Positions 40,001-54,000 of a stretch of DNA of 64,000 bases are shown piece after piece. The stretch's first letter is position 1; every line of letters begins with the position of its first letter. The DNA comes from Schmidtea polychroa (taxonomy: Eukaryota). Position numbers and translations under genes: made by a program. The stretch spans positions 63,798,001-63,862,000 of the forward strand of contig CM097888.1 in NCBI GenBank assembly GCA_044892525.1, in the 5' to 3' direction. The notes under the pieces are model-generated. The model was given only the letters and a program-made list of their open reading frames with translations. It searched no databases and was not told the origin of the DNA.

Positions 40001-43000
40001 NNNNNNNNNNNNNNNNNNNNNNNNNNNNNNNNNNNNNNNNNNNNNNNNNNNNNNNNNNNNNNNNNNNNNNNNNNNNNNNNNNNNNNNNNNNNNNNNNNNN
40101 NNNNNNNNNNNNNNNNNNNNNNNNNNNNNNNAATATTTGAAATTGATTTTAATATAAATATTTTGTTCAGTAAAAAATCGATTTATTATACAAAAGAAAT
40201 AAACAAAAAATGTTTTCCTTATTTAAATTCATTGAGATATTAACAAATTAATCTTAATTAATCCACGAGTTACGGTGACATTTGATTTATTACCAATCAA
40301 TTATTATTTGTCTCTGTAGATTAAAAATAAATTAATTTTTTTTCACGAAAATAAATGGTGGAAAACAAATGATATTAATCGGAATAAATTTCAGTGGAAA
40401 TATATAACGACAAAAAATGTCATCAAATTGATTTTTCTATTTGATGCCAAACTGATTGGGAAAATATTGTCTTAAAATTTCTTTAATGGAAATATAATAA
40501 ATTTCTCCGAGAATCATTTTTCAATGAAAAATATAACATAAGTAATTCAATATCTTGGACATTAATGTCAACAAGATTTTCTTGAAATTTCTTCAATTTA
40601 TTTTTCTGCCATTTAGTTTCATTTGTTGGGTTATTTTGGTTTTTTGGAAAATGCTGAGTAAATAAAAATAATTATACCCTATCAAATTAATTTGAATAAT
40701 AATAAATTTTATTGATTATTAATATAGTAGTAGTATAATATGAGCATACAATTATAATAGTATAAAATAGTTTAAAAACAGCGTATCTTATAATTTATTT
40801 GTTTAACATTTAATTTATGCTGCTTCTACTATCGAAATGTCTAAGATTTGTGCAATACTTAGAGCAATGAGAAAATTGAAAATTTATACTGCAAATAAAC
40901 ATCATAAAGGTTAGTAAGGAAACAAGTGTAAATCGTACAACTATTAATAACATCCAACAAGTATAATAAACAAGGTAAATAGACGCATGGAAAACCATAG
41001 CCAATAACAGAGAAACGAAATGAGAGCAAAGAAAATGTAAGAGCATCATTCGAAATGTATATTTCTAACCATTCAATAGACTTGATCTATGATGAAAAAA
41101 ACATTCTTTAGTCCTAGCAAAAACTGTAAAATTAAACTGTAAAATCCAACAATTCTTGAGAATAAAATAAATGAAAACCGGTCTCAATACGAACACGCAA
41201 ACACCAGACGAAAAATTTAAAATGAACAATAAAAATAAAAACAATAAACAAGTAACCGATCTCTCAAATAATATATCCAATTGTAATACAATATACAAAA
41301 TTTGGTCTAAACAGCAAAATTAATGAAAAGACCATGCTTTATTCCAAGATTGCTCATTGTCACATTATATAAACAATACATCTAAACAAATGACCAAGAA
41401 AGGTTTTTGATTTACACAAATACAGAAAACGGTATAATTTCAATTTTAATGCGAAAGTCAAAGGTTTGCTACAACATTTTATGTATCATTGAGAAAGAAA
41501 GAAATCATTTCATTTCATTTCAATCTTTGGAACTAAGAACCTTGCAATCATTTTTAATGACAAGGGAGAATAATTTTGCATTTTAGAGAAAAACTACTAT
41601 TATAAATTTAAAATAACATTTTTCAGAGACGTAGATACAGTCAAGAAAAACATTTTCAAGTCTCCAAACATTGTCGAAAATGAGAAACAAAGTATGGGAA
41701 AATATCAAGAACAGACCTCAAGGAAAGACTTACAAAAAACTCCGATCTCTTTAAATTCAAATATTTGAAATAAAACGTTATCATTTTTCAATTTAATAAA
41801 AAGGTATAGTAATAATTCTCTATTAAATAGATAATATCTATTTATAAACAGGAGAATAACTGTATATTATTAACTATAAAAATGAAACTGAAACCTCTCA
41901 AATTATTTTGTTGAGGATATCTAAATAATAAAAATTGAATAATTATTGATTAATTAAAGTGATAGGAGGAAAATCTATAAAATGAAAGGAGTGTTGCTCC
42001 ATAATCCTGGAAAGTAGAAACTAGTAGAAGAAATGAGAAAAAAGAGAAATGGTAAAGAATTGCAAAACATCAATCAATCAAATAATGAAATATGGCAAGG
42101 TTAATTTTAGTGAAAAATTACAAAGGAAAGAAGGGATAACAAAAGGGAAAAAAGTCGAAATTAAATTTTCATATCTCTATAGCCTGTTTGAGATATAGAA
42201 AATGGATCACTAAGGAAGCCAGGAGATGATGTCTTCTAAATATTACATATCTTGACAGCTGTCAGAGATAAAAAATGAATTAGAGATGACCAGAAGGGAA
42301 CGTACATGGCGGGAAAAATCAAACAAAAGTCAATTTAATTAAGTGTTATTAGATTATGAACTTTAAAATGAAATACAGCTTGAATAAAAACATAAGTGTT
42401 AGAGGAAGAGAAAACAAGACAGAATTTTTAGACAAGAAAATATAAGTTGTAAAGAAAAGAAGAAATATAATTAAAAGCGAAACCCAACGTTAAATATGAA
42501 GTTACCTGAGAAGTGATTTAAAGAAATTAAAGTTATTGAATAAATTCGAGTCAAAGCTAAGAAAGTAACTGGTAAAATCTACCGATTATTGAAACCAGAT
42601 AACAGTAGTCAAACAATTATGAGTTCCAGGTTGTATTGTAAAAGTGCTATTCCTCCTAAATAATTGTAATAAGCACTCATTTGCAATGAAAATTGTTAAT
42701 AAATTGTGTTAATCAATAAAGACCATACTGTCTGGAGTTTATTATTGTTATTAAAGAAGGCACTCTTTGGAGTCAGATCAATAATTAATAATATTTAAAT
42801 TCACCGACAACCCAAATAATTTTATTCTAAAGAACTTTTATTATTCTTTATCTAATAAATTTGTAATTTTTCTTCTTGAAATTTAAACTATATAAATAAA
42901 TTGCAAACTTTTCCAGAAATTATCCAGGCAGAAAATTGATTATCCCAACCAATTGTTGAAGTTGCATAAATTAATAAAATATTAATTAAAAGTAAAATCC

Positions 43001-43900
43001 ATAATTTCAGAAAAGAAAATGAAAACATGATATATAAAACTATGAATATAAATTTTAATTCATTTGACCATTTTGAGAGGGAAAATATAAAAATACAAAT
43101 TAATTAATTAATTAATTAATTAATAAAAATTTTGTTTATCCTAAGAATCATGAAATCAAAGCTCGATTTTGACAAGTACGGAAATAACAAAATCAAAAGA
43201 AAGATTAAAAGGAATTAGAAGATGAAATCCAGATATCTTGTGTTTGTTATAGAAAAGAAATGAAATTATACATTTTTGGAAATAGAAACAAAAGAAGCCA
43301 GACTCAGTTTATTCCTGTCAAAATTTATATATATATATCGTGTCGTCCCACTATTCCCAATTCCCACTATTCCCAATTCCCATTATTCCCAATTCCCACT
43401 ATTCCCAATTCCCACTATTCCCAATTCCCACTATTCCCAATTCCCACTATTCACAATTTTTATTATTTTCAAATTATTCTCGTCGCTTTTCTTGTTGTAA
43501 TCCATTCATATTCTAACGACATGGTTTTAGTATTTTTAAATTAATAATTGAAAAAAATTAAAGGAGTATAGATTAAAAAATTGATTAAAGTAATTGGATC
43601 AAGGTCAAAATCCCCCCCGGTTTGTGAACAAGTTCAAAATCCCCCCTGTGAAAATATTAATAAAATATACAAAAAAAATAAAAAATAATAATAATAATAA
43701 TAATACCCTTGCGACATGTTGAATATGACCAGTACCCTTGTGAGCATTACCCATAGGGGGACAAAATATTTTGTCGGATAGACTCGGAGTATATAGATTG
43801 TTATTTATTTAATATTGACCTTGATCCATATTTATAAATAATGAACTAAGGTTTTTAGATGTGGGTGGCCTTACTGGTCATTGGGAATAGTGGGACAGAA

Positions 43901-43945
<45 letters not shown>

Positions 43946-46900
43946 AATTATGATAAGTATATATCTTATTTCAAATAACATACAAATACCAATGTTTTCT
44001 TTAATGTTTTTGTAACAAAAACGGATAGACAAGTTCGAAAGACTCTTAAGCTGAAAATTTAATGAATACATAAGAAATCCTTTAAAATTATAATTATAAA
44101 ATTAATTATTGTTCAAATCTTTTTTTTAAACAAAAATAACAAGCTATACATATTTCATGGAAATAAAAATAATAATACATATGAAACAAAACCAAACATT
44201 AATTCATTAAAAACAAGAACATTGAACGTATCAAATACAAACAATACATACAACACAAATTATTATTTTTTAAGCAATTTTTGCAAAGAACTGTATTTTG
44301 TGAATGTTCTTTGCATACATTCCTGTTACAAGTGACGCAATACTGCTTGGATCTACGGCCAATTGCATTCGTGCATATGTAACAACGTTTCTTCTTTCAT
44401 TGATCTTCTAAAATCGATGTCGTTTCTCCGCAGTTTTCTTCGTTAGTGTTTTGTAATACTTCATTTATAACTGACAAATGAGCAGCACTAATACCTTTTT
44501 TGCTTCTTAATCGGATCTGAGACCTTACTAAATCGTATGCAATTTCCCTAATAAACGCTTTTCTTTTTGAATCATACTTTTTCTCATTGTAAAGATTTCT
44601 CCAAATTACAAGCGCAGCTACGCCGCTAACATCAATCAAATTCTGAAAAAATGTAGAAGGCCACCTATTATTATTTCGTCTGACAGTAAAAGCATGACAT
44701 AGTTTGTCCATTGTATCTACTCCTCCTTTTGTAGCGTTATAAAACAAAATTTTATCAGGTTTTCTTTTATTTTCAGTATCAACATTAATTGTGTGATGTT
44801 TCGTAGATAACAATAAGACGCTTCTATTTTTTTGTGGTACGTACGAAATTATTGACATTGTGTTTCTAAATCCGAAACTTGCGCTTTCGACTTCACTAGA
44901 TGGATGTGACAAAAATGATTGAGGTATACATGTCTTATTTTTGCAAAGTGTTCCAACAGTAGGTAAGCCTTTAGACAACAATTAGTTGGGTAGTTTGAAG
45001 TTTGTGAAATAGTTATCGAATGTTATATTTCGATTTGAACGATGAAACGGTATGCATAGATCTTCAACAACATTTTGAGCTAAATTTAATTGTCTCGTGT
45101 TACCTTCTTTGCCCAAATATGGAATTCCTTTCAAAGGATACGCCGTTTCATTTTCAACAATCCACCAAACCTTTATTCCATATTTATCTGGTTTACTGGG
45201 TATGTATTGCTTGAAACTTACTCTTCCACGAAAAGGAACCAACTGCTCATCAATTGTTAAGTTTTGGTCTTAAATATAATATTTTGAGAAATTTTTATTT
45301 ATGATTTCCAAAACATTCCAAATTGAAGCCAATTTATCATTGAATCTGCGCACTGACCGAGTCTTCTTGTCATCAAATCGGTGAAATCTTAAAATTGACT
45401 TGAAACGCCGTATATCTATAGTAGCGCGAAATAAAAGGCTTCCAAAAAAGAGGATCCCAAAAATCTTCATAATTTACATTTCCTTGTTTATTACCAACTA
45501 CGGTAAGTAGGAGTTCAATGAATGCGCCAATTCTATTGGTGTAGTATTTTTCCATTTACCACCAATTTTTCTTGTAGCTTCAATATTTTTATGTTTCACA
45601 ATTATTTCAATTACTTCGTCGTTGAAAAATAACGAAAAACAATCAACAGGTCTATTGATTTTATAACTAGAAGGGAGCTTTACTTTTGTGTGTTCGTTTT
45701 TGAATGGAGGTGGCCGTCTGTGATTTAGTATTGGTCTCAATTCCCATTGAGTTCCATCCTTTCCCATAAAGGTTTCACTTTCATTTTGTTCTCTATTCAT
45801 CGATTCATCTTCGTAATATAACTTGTCATCTTCCTCGGAATCTGTTTCCGTATAGTTAGATTCGCTATTTGATAACGAATCTCACATAAAAGGAGAAATT
45901 AAAAGCTACTTTACAAGTTTTTTGCATTATTGGGGAATACCCTGTTTAGATTTTTACATAAAATGACAAATTAAAAGTACTTCACATTTTTTTCATATTA
46001 TCGGGGAATCCCTTTTCTAAATTTTTAAATTTTCCTTGTGAAATTTAAATGCTTCAATATAATTTTATTTGATGAGCCTTTTGGACTCATCTGTCCGTTT
46101 ATGCTATTTTTTTTATATTTTTCGAAAATATGTTATTTGAAAAACTTCAAAGAAATTCGAACATTGTTTTAAGAAAATTCATGATTCGTTAAAAAAATGT
46201 GTAAAAAAATTAAATTTGAATTAGTATTTTAATTTTGGTTTGAGTATGCTTAAAAAGAGTCCAAAAGACTTTTCTGTCTGGTTAAAGGTTTAACTATGAA
46301 AAAAAAACAATTATTGTTCTTGTATTTATCATTCTTCATTCATATTCGTCAGAAATTCATCAACAAAATGCTTTAACATATAATATTGTTTGAATATACT
46401 TTATGTTGTTCTGACTGGTCCCTTCCATTAATAAATTCTTTATTTTCGTAATATTCTGATTAAAGAACATAATTTAGAACAAGGCTTTCGTCTGGACCTT
46501 AGACAATTTCTAAAGTTATTTACAAACGACTCTTTCACTCCGCTGCTAGAAATAAACCTTCCATTCTTCTTTTTCACAAAAACCAAATCTCCAATTAAAA
46601 ATCCTATGAAACGTCTATATTTTGGGCCACATCAAGTAATTACTGCTAGAGACGATCACATCCTAACTATTTTATATAGCAATAAAAATGAGATTATTTC
46701 TCACATTATTATTCAACTAAAAATGCCAATTAATAAGTTTATATAAATTAATTATAAATTAATTGATCAATTTTGGAACTCAGAAATTCACATATTTCCG
46801 GGGAATGGCAACTGGCTGTAAAAATAAAAATATATCAAATAAATTTTATGTAATGTAAGTTTCATTGAAGGTTTAAACACAGAAAATTAAACTATTTAGT

Positions 46901-49900
46901 TACATTATTTTATATAATAATTTATTAATATTAATAAAAGTATATTCATAAGAAAATGATTTAATCTATTAATACATGAAAAATATTTTAAAATATAATA
47001 ATGATGGCCTATTTGCTGCCAGGGGTTATTTTGCCATCAGGTATTTTTCATTTTCTTAATTAGTAATCCTTTTTTATAATAAAGAAATTTGGATATTTTT
47101 TTCATACTTATTACCAATTACAGTATTTAGTTTTTATTAAAATATTTGTAGGACATTTAAATTATTTATTGCTGAGATTCAAATTCTATTTTTCATATTT
47201 AAAGATAGTCCTTAAAAGTCATTTGCAATAATGACTTTTAAACAAATAGTGAAAGGTATTAAAAACTCGGCCTTTACAATAATATAAGTAGAAATAAATA
47301 TTTTGAAAAACCAATGAACGTCTAAGGCGAAAATATAAGATAAAATTTTCATCATTTCAATGAATATCATAAAATTTACAAATATCTTGTTCACAGAAGT
47401 AAGTAACCATTAAGTACATCCCTTTCTGTATTATAGACATTTTTAATTGAAATGTATTCCAAATTTTATTTATTCAGAAGAGTCTCTTGTCTCTCAAAAT
47501 ATTATTGAAATAAATCCATATGAGACATTTTTTTCAAGATAGATAATTATAAATAAGGAATTCAACAACATACATTCAAACAATCATTTAAAAATTATTA
47601 GAAAACGCTATTTCATGATATTTTTTTGACAGTTTAACTGTCATCATCAAGTTGAATAGAAAAAACTATAAATAATATAGATTTAATAAACAAGTTACAA
47701 TATTATTATTATTAATATTATTTTAAAATACTTTTAATTTAATTTAAATAATCAAGTATATTTTAAATTGAACTACGGTATAAATATTTACGAACATTTT
47801 TATATACCTATTTTTAACGTAACCCGTCATTTTGAGGATATATTGTATAAAATTTTATTTGAAATCTACATACTTTTATTAAAAGACATTTATTCAATAC
47901 ACCATTATTATTACTTATAATTTTTTACAAAATCCAATTTAGCGAAACTTCCGCTCTTTGGAATCTCTCATTTCCGATGATACATTTATAAAAGCACTGG
48001 CTTCCGACTTTCTCACACAATTGAAAAATAAATCTTTTCTTTATATATCCCATCGACTGCTGCAAAATTAAATATGTTATAGAAGGTCTGAAGAATATAT
48101 ATAAGAGAGACCGCGCTTTAACACTATACTCTAGAGCAGTGTTTGCCGATCTTCTTTATACCATGTCCCACCGTAGTATTTTCAAAGGCCATATGCCACA
48201 CCAGCCCATTTTAAGTAGCTGTCAAACTTCGATAATCAGGATTGCCAGTATACAAAAATAACGGTCGATGAAATTGCTGCATGGAAATTGTTATATTTAG
48301 TCGCGAATGAGAATATTATATTAAAAAAATATATGTGGAATAGTTGATAATTGCTGACGTGTCCCACCTCTGAAGCGCGGTGCCCCAACGTTGGCAACTC
48401 TGTTCTAAAGCCATTTTGTCAAGTAAATTCACTCCATAGTTGGTGTTATTGTAAAATGAAACTGCTTATAGATGACGTTTATCATTGCTATGTATTTTTA
48501 CTATTTTTTCTATTTTTTCTATTTTTCTATTTTTTGAACAGAGTACTAAACCTTTTTTGTTTGTTTGCTTTTATAAATTGTAAGAACGTAATTTTTGAAT
48601 TTGTAAATTTTTGTAGAAAATTGGATCATGTTGCCTTTTTGAATTTTATGGTTTTTAGCAGTTTTCTTTTATCTAATATTTATTAAAAATTTATAGTTCC
48701 AACAACAGTTGTTTTGCAAGTAATATTTACGCAAGTGAAAGATTCATAAAAAGATTATCTGTAGTTATATTTCGTCCACGTTTCGAGTATGGCTCAGCAA
48801 AAGTTTGCACGAAGGGTGGTCGTACTTCATTTTTATCCAAGTATGGTAAACCATTTATAAGATATTTGCTGATGGAATCTGATGGTAACCAAAATTTAAT
48901 GCCGAATTTGTCTGGTTTATTTAGAATGTACTAGCGTTAGCTGGAAATAGTTGTTCATCATTGTGATCTTAGCATCTGGTTTATTACAAGCTTGATTATT
49001 TTCGATTAATTTATATCACCTGGTAGTAATCAAAGTAAATTTACCAATTTTCAATCGTTGACTTCGTTAATTTTTTTTATTAAAACTTATGAATCGGAAG
49101 TCTTCTAAAAATGAATTTTTGGGCATTGTTTGCTAAAAAAAGCTAGATCACCATTTCTCAGCCTATAAAGCCTTGGCTTGATATGTCCCTCAAGCTTTAA
49201 ATATTGCTAGAAAAGTTCATGGCTGTGATAACTGTTCATTCTTTACCAGACCTTTATGTGCTTTGATTCAGGACACAATTTCATATTAAGACATAAATTC
49301 ATATAGCAGCAATAAAATACAAAAAAGAAATTATAAGTATTTTTTTGTTTTATTTATTTTTTGATCATTTTAAACTGAAACCCGTCGAACTGACAAGTTA
49401 GGTAAATCTATTGTTAACAATCAATTTATAAATTATTTAACTTAATAATTCAACAATTCAATACATTTGAGACCGACAACTACAATTCCAATGCCCTCTA
49501 TCTAACATATAAACTATTTAAAAACTTTCAAAACACGTGTTTACAAAATTATTATAAACTAGCTTTAACTCGTCAAAGATGACGAATTATTATATAGTAG
49601 ATAACAGTTTAAAAAGAATTAATGGTCCAAATTGGACAAATTATGCAATATTCGATAGAGGAAAGTGGATTTTCGGTAAACATTAAAATAAAAATGCCAT
49701 GTTGTCGATCAAAATTAATAGTTATAATAAAATTTGCCATTTGGTGATTTTAATTAAGTGTTATTCCATAATCATTCATTCAGATACACACATAGACAAT
49801 TACCGTATAAGCCCGAATATGTAACGCGACAATTTTTAACATTTTATTTTTATTAAATTTTGGTCTAAATTAATTAAATTTATTGTCATGAATATAACTT

Positions 49901-50955
49901 ATGTATTACTTTTAATTACCTAACCAAACGTTTATCTGATTGAATTTCCATTAATTTTAATTTTTTTATGAGTATTTTTTTTCTAAATTCGTGGTCGCGT
50001 TATATTCGGGCTAATACGGTATGTATTTAAGATGTAAATAAGATAAAACTTTTTTATAGTTACATATATATTCTTTAGATTATTCTATTTTGTTATAAAA
50101 CCCCTAAAAATTATAAATAATAAATAAACAATTAAAAATACAAAAAAAAACTTATTTTCATTAATTATAGAAAAAAACGCAATTATCCCTGATAAATAAT
50201 TAGTTATGCATTAAAAGAAATATTTTAATTTGAATCAATTTTCCGGAAAAAACAAAAAGAAAAACAAACATTTAATTGACACTATGTAAAGAATAATTTG
50301 TATGAAACACATGAGCCGTGATTTTATTATTAATAGTTTCATATCAATGTGTAATTATTATCTCTTAAAGAAACTAAATCAAAAGAAATTAGTTTTGATT
50401 AATTTAGTTTTTATTATATCTATAAATAATTCCACAGAAAATGAGTCTAATTAATAAAATCCTTAAGACGAAATAGTATCAGATAAAATTTACTGTTATC
50501 TAATTTCTTTGTAAACAATTTAAAAAAAAATTAATTTATTATTATTTTTGCAAAACTATTTTGATTTGACAATTAGATATTTAATTAATTTTTATATTAA
50601 TTAATCATCGAAACCGCTTTACTTTGATCGTTGTTTTAAAGATAATAATTTAATTGCAATCATTTATCATGAAAACTTTAATTAAAATCAAATTCGCTAA
50701 ACAGAAACCATAGAATTTATTTAATTTTTGTTAATGGTTCCAGTGTGCCAACTTTTCAAGATATGAACATGGAGACTCTTGGTAAAATTGCCGGAGTGTT
50801 AGGAGAGAATCATTATCCACAGGGAGATTATATCATTCGTGAAGGAGAAAAAGGAGCAACATTCTATATAATTGAAAAAGGAAGGGTAATAAATTTTTTT
50901 TTGATATGTGAATATAAATTTCAACATATATATATTATTATTATTATTATTATTA

Positions 50956-51017
<62 letters not shown>

Positions 51018-54000
51018 TGAATTATTCATTTATTTTTTGAAAATTTCAATTGAGTGATTACATTTATTTTCAAATTAATTTGAATGAAGCTCATTGACAT
51101 TGTTTGATTTAAATAAAAACAATACTTTTGGTTTCACTTTATCTTTAACTCTCATGTAATAATGTAGTTTATTATCGATGTCATCATTTTACAAGATCTG
51201 TTAATATTGTTAATACAATTACACTACAAAATCATAAACCATAAGTAATGTAATAAAGAAGGTTTATCTCACATTTAACGTTTTGAAGTCTGACTTATTT
51301 TTCGTTTATTTGTCTTATATCTAAGGCCAGACTTCACTGGCAAACTGTGAAGTTATATTACTATTTGTATAAAAATACTTCCATACTGCACATTCAAAGA
51401 CTGGTATATTTGTGTATAATGGGAAAACGGAATCTATTTGCACCATTAGGCGCACATAATACATGGATGGGACACATGTGTCCTGATAAACTCAAAATGG
51501 TTAAATCTTTTTGTAAAATTCCATTTTCTTTGAAATTTTCAAATAAAACAAAATTTGCCAAATTTCAAGTCATTACAAACACTTTATACAATTTTTTAAT
51601 ATTTTTGTCGTATTTTTGTCGGTCGTTTTTTGTCAAAAATTTGTTGTTTTCAGTGTCAACTTCGTACATTTGATGTTTTTATTTATAATCTTTCTTATCA
51701 TTGTTGCAACAACACTTTTTGTATACATCACGTTTAATTCACATTGAAGTCTTTGTTGTACTACTCTCGTAGGAATTACTTATATTTAAGAATATGTTTG
51801 CTTTACCAGGACTTCAAAAACCATTCAGATTCTGCTTTATGGATTTGTTTTTATTTTCGCATTTCTATTTTTAAATTTTCACAAATTATTTACTTCTAAC
51901 TTTTCTTTTAATTTTTAATTGATTGTTTTATTTAAATGATTTTTATTTGTTTCTTTACCATATTTTCAAACTTCACTTTTCTGTAATCAATCCACTTGTG
52001 TCACCAAATTACTTTAACTAAAATGATTGTTATTTTATTATTTAAATTTTAATTTGGGTGTCACGAAAAAATCTAATTATTTGAAAGAATCTGTCAGCCC
52101 ATATTTCATCTTATACAAGCACCACCTTTGAAACTCCAAATAAATTTAATATAACTCAGTTTCGGCACAAATGCAAAAATAAATATTTAATAATTGTCAA
52201 TTTCATGTAAATTATCACAATTACGTTAATATATGTGCAACAAGTGCAACATCAAGTGCAGTAATACAGTTAATTTTCGACAAGTGTCATAAGAGATGAA
52301 TCAATTTCTTTTTATATTCATAAAAAACAAAGAGTGACGGTGATCGAATTTGTTTTGAGTGCTTTATTTATCCAGAAAATTAATAATCGAGTGTGACTCT
52401 TATTGTGTATTCAACATATTATCAGTTTTCCCCTTCAAATATAGCGAAAACTGAGTACATTAAGAGTAGTAAAACATTAAATGAAAAATTAAGATTAAAA
52501 ATGATATCCTTTCAACTATGAACCATGATTGTTCTTTCAATTGCGAGTGATCTTAATTGTACCATGACTTTTGATGACAATTGAGGACTTTGCCAAAGAA
52601 AATAAACGGAAAAAATATTATTTAAAGTCATTATGTCCTGTATAAAATTTCAATGTGTTTTGTATATAGAAATTGCAATAATTTGAAATTAATTTGTTTA
52701 TTGTAATTGAAATAAAACAATGAAAAAGAAGCGCCTGTTAAACTGAAAATAAACGGGAAATCGTGCATTGGATTGGTCAGGATAGCGGGAAGCAAGATAT
52801 GTTGTAGCTGTGAATGGTCAGAGTTCGATGTGACTTCAAGACTCGATGCAATTTCTAGGTTCAGGGGACTAATTGTATTATTCGATGTCTAATAATAAAA
52901 GTTCCCATTGCATGTGTATACATTATTTTCGAGTTCGATGAAATTAAATGTTTTAAAGGTGTGTCAATTGGTAATGAAGACGTTCGATTCGGTGTGACAA
53001 TATCAGCTATGGAACAAGAGTAGGTAATTATAGATGATAGGGATTTTTTGACAACTTATATTTAAAAAGGGCTATTTCTTGGAAGTAGGAAGAGAATTCA
53101 CCCTACTTTCGGAACACTGTTGCTGAATACGTAATGAAGCCTAAAGTGAGTTGACAGTAAGAGGCTGAAGTATAACAATAAATAAGAGAAGATTGGTTTA
53201 CTCCTGCTGATGAAGATGATTGAGTAATTTTTCATCTGATTACAATGGTGCAAAAAGTAAAGAAAATGTTTGGTCAGTCATTACTATTATGGAACTCAAT
53301 AATTACGTAAAAAGGCATAATAGCAATAGCGACAAATAGGAAATATGTATTGATGTTGAATTTATAAAATGCTTATCTGCATATATGCAAAATACTTTTG
53401 AAATTCCAGAAAGTTCTGGTGACGAATCCAGCAAAACCTATAGAAGATGCGGAAAATTTATTAAGTACTATTCGGTTTTAGGATGGCTCAGGGTGGTCTG
53501 CAGTTTTATCAAGAGAATTGCGGATGGACAAATGTGAGATGATTTAATTGGAGAAAAGTGAGAATAGCCATTGGATGAAGTAATTAGTTGCGTTGAAGCA
53601 GATGATCTAGTTAAAGGAACTTGGTCTGTAGATAAAAGTGGCTGAAGATTCCTTTGGTGCGATACTTGCATCTTGACGTTAAATAACGATGTAGTTGAAA
53701 AAGCAACCTGGATGCAATTTTAAAGACTGTCAATTTTACGATTAAATGGGACGTGAATAAAGTTGAATTGAGGGTAGATTCAGTCACGATTATGGGTTGG
53801 TTAAAATCGATTGGGTCATCACCGTCAATGGCATCATCTACATTTCGGTATAATTTGGTAAAGTCAGCAGAAAATGTGGAATGTCCTTGTCGCACACTTC
53901 AAGGATCTGTTTGCTTGACTATGGTTGAATATTGGGCCACAAAGTTTGCCATTCAAGTCAGATAATTTAGAAATCTGTTTGAAGAATGTTTTCTTTTGTG

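Larger units (their letters stand above)
43339..43902. mobile_element. Unclassified TIR element inserted in a (TA)n tract
   Basis: 17-bp identical inverted core GTCCCACTATTCCCAAT near both ends; (TA)n on both flanks. Confidence 0.78.

Noticed and set aside
40830-42800. Purine-rich stretch resembling decayed Tc1 or LTR-element pieces
   Set aside because: No catalytic motif, paired LTR, TIR or TSD could be confirmed.
43347-43458. 16-bp array as CRISPR or telomeric repeat
   Set aside because: No spacers, eukaryotic context, and the unit is the TIR core of the surrounding element.
46400-46660. Integrase-tail-like peptides (IGDLVFVKK on minus, YFGPHQV on plus)
   Set aside because: Hints fall on opposite strands and are too short to support a call.
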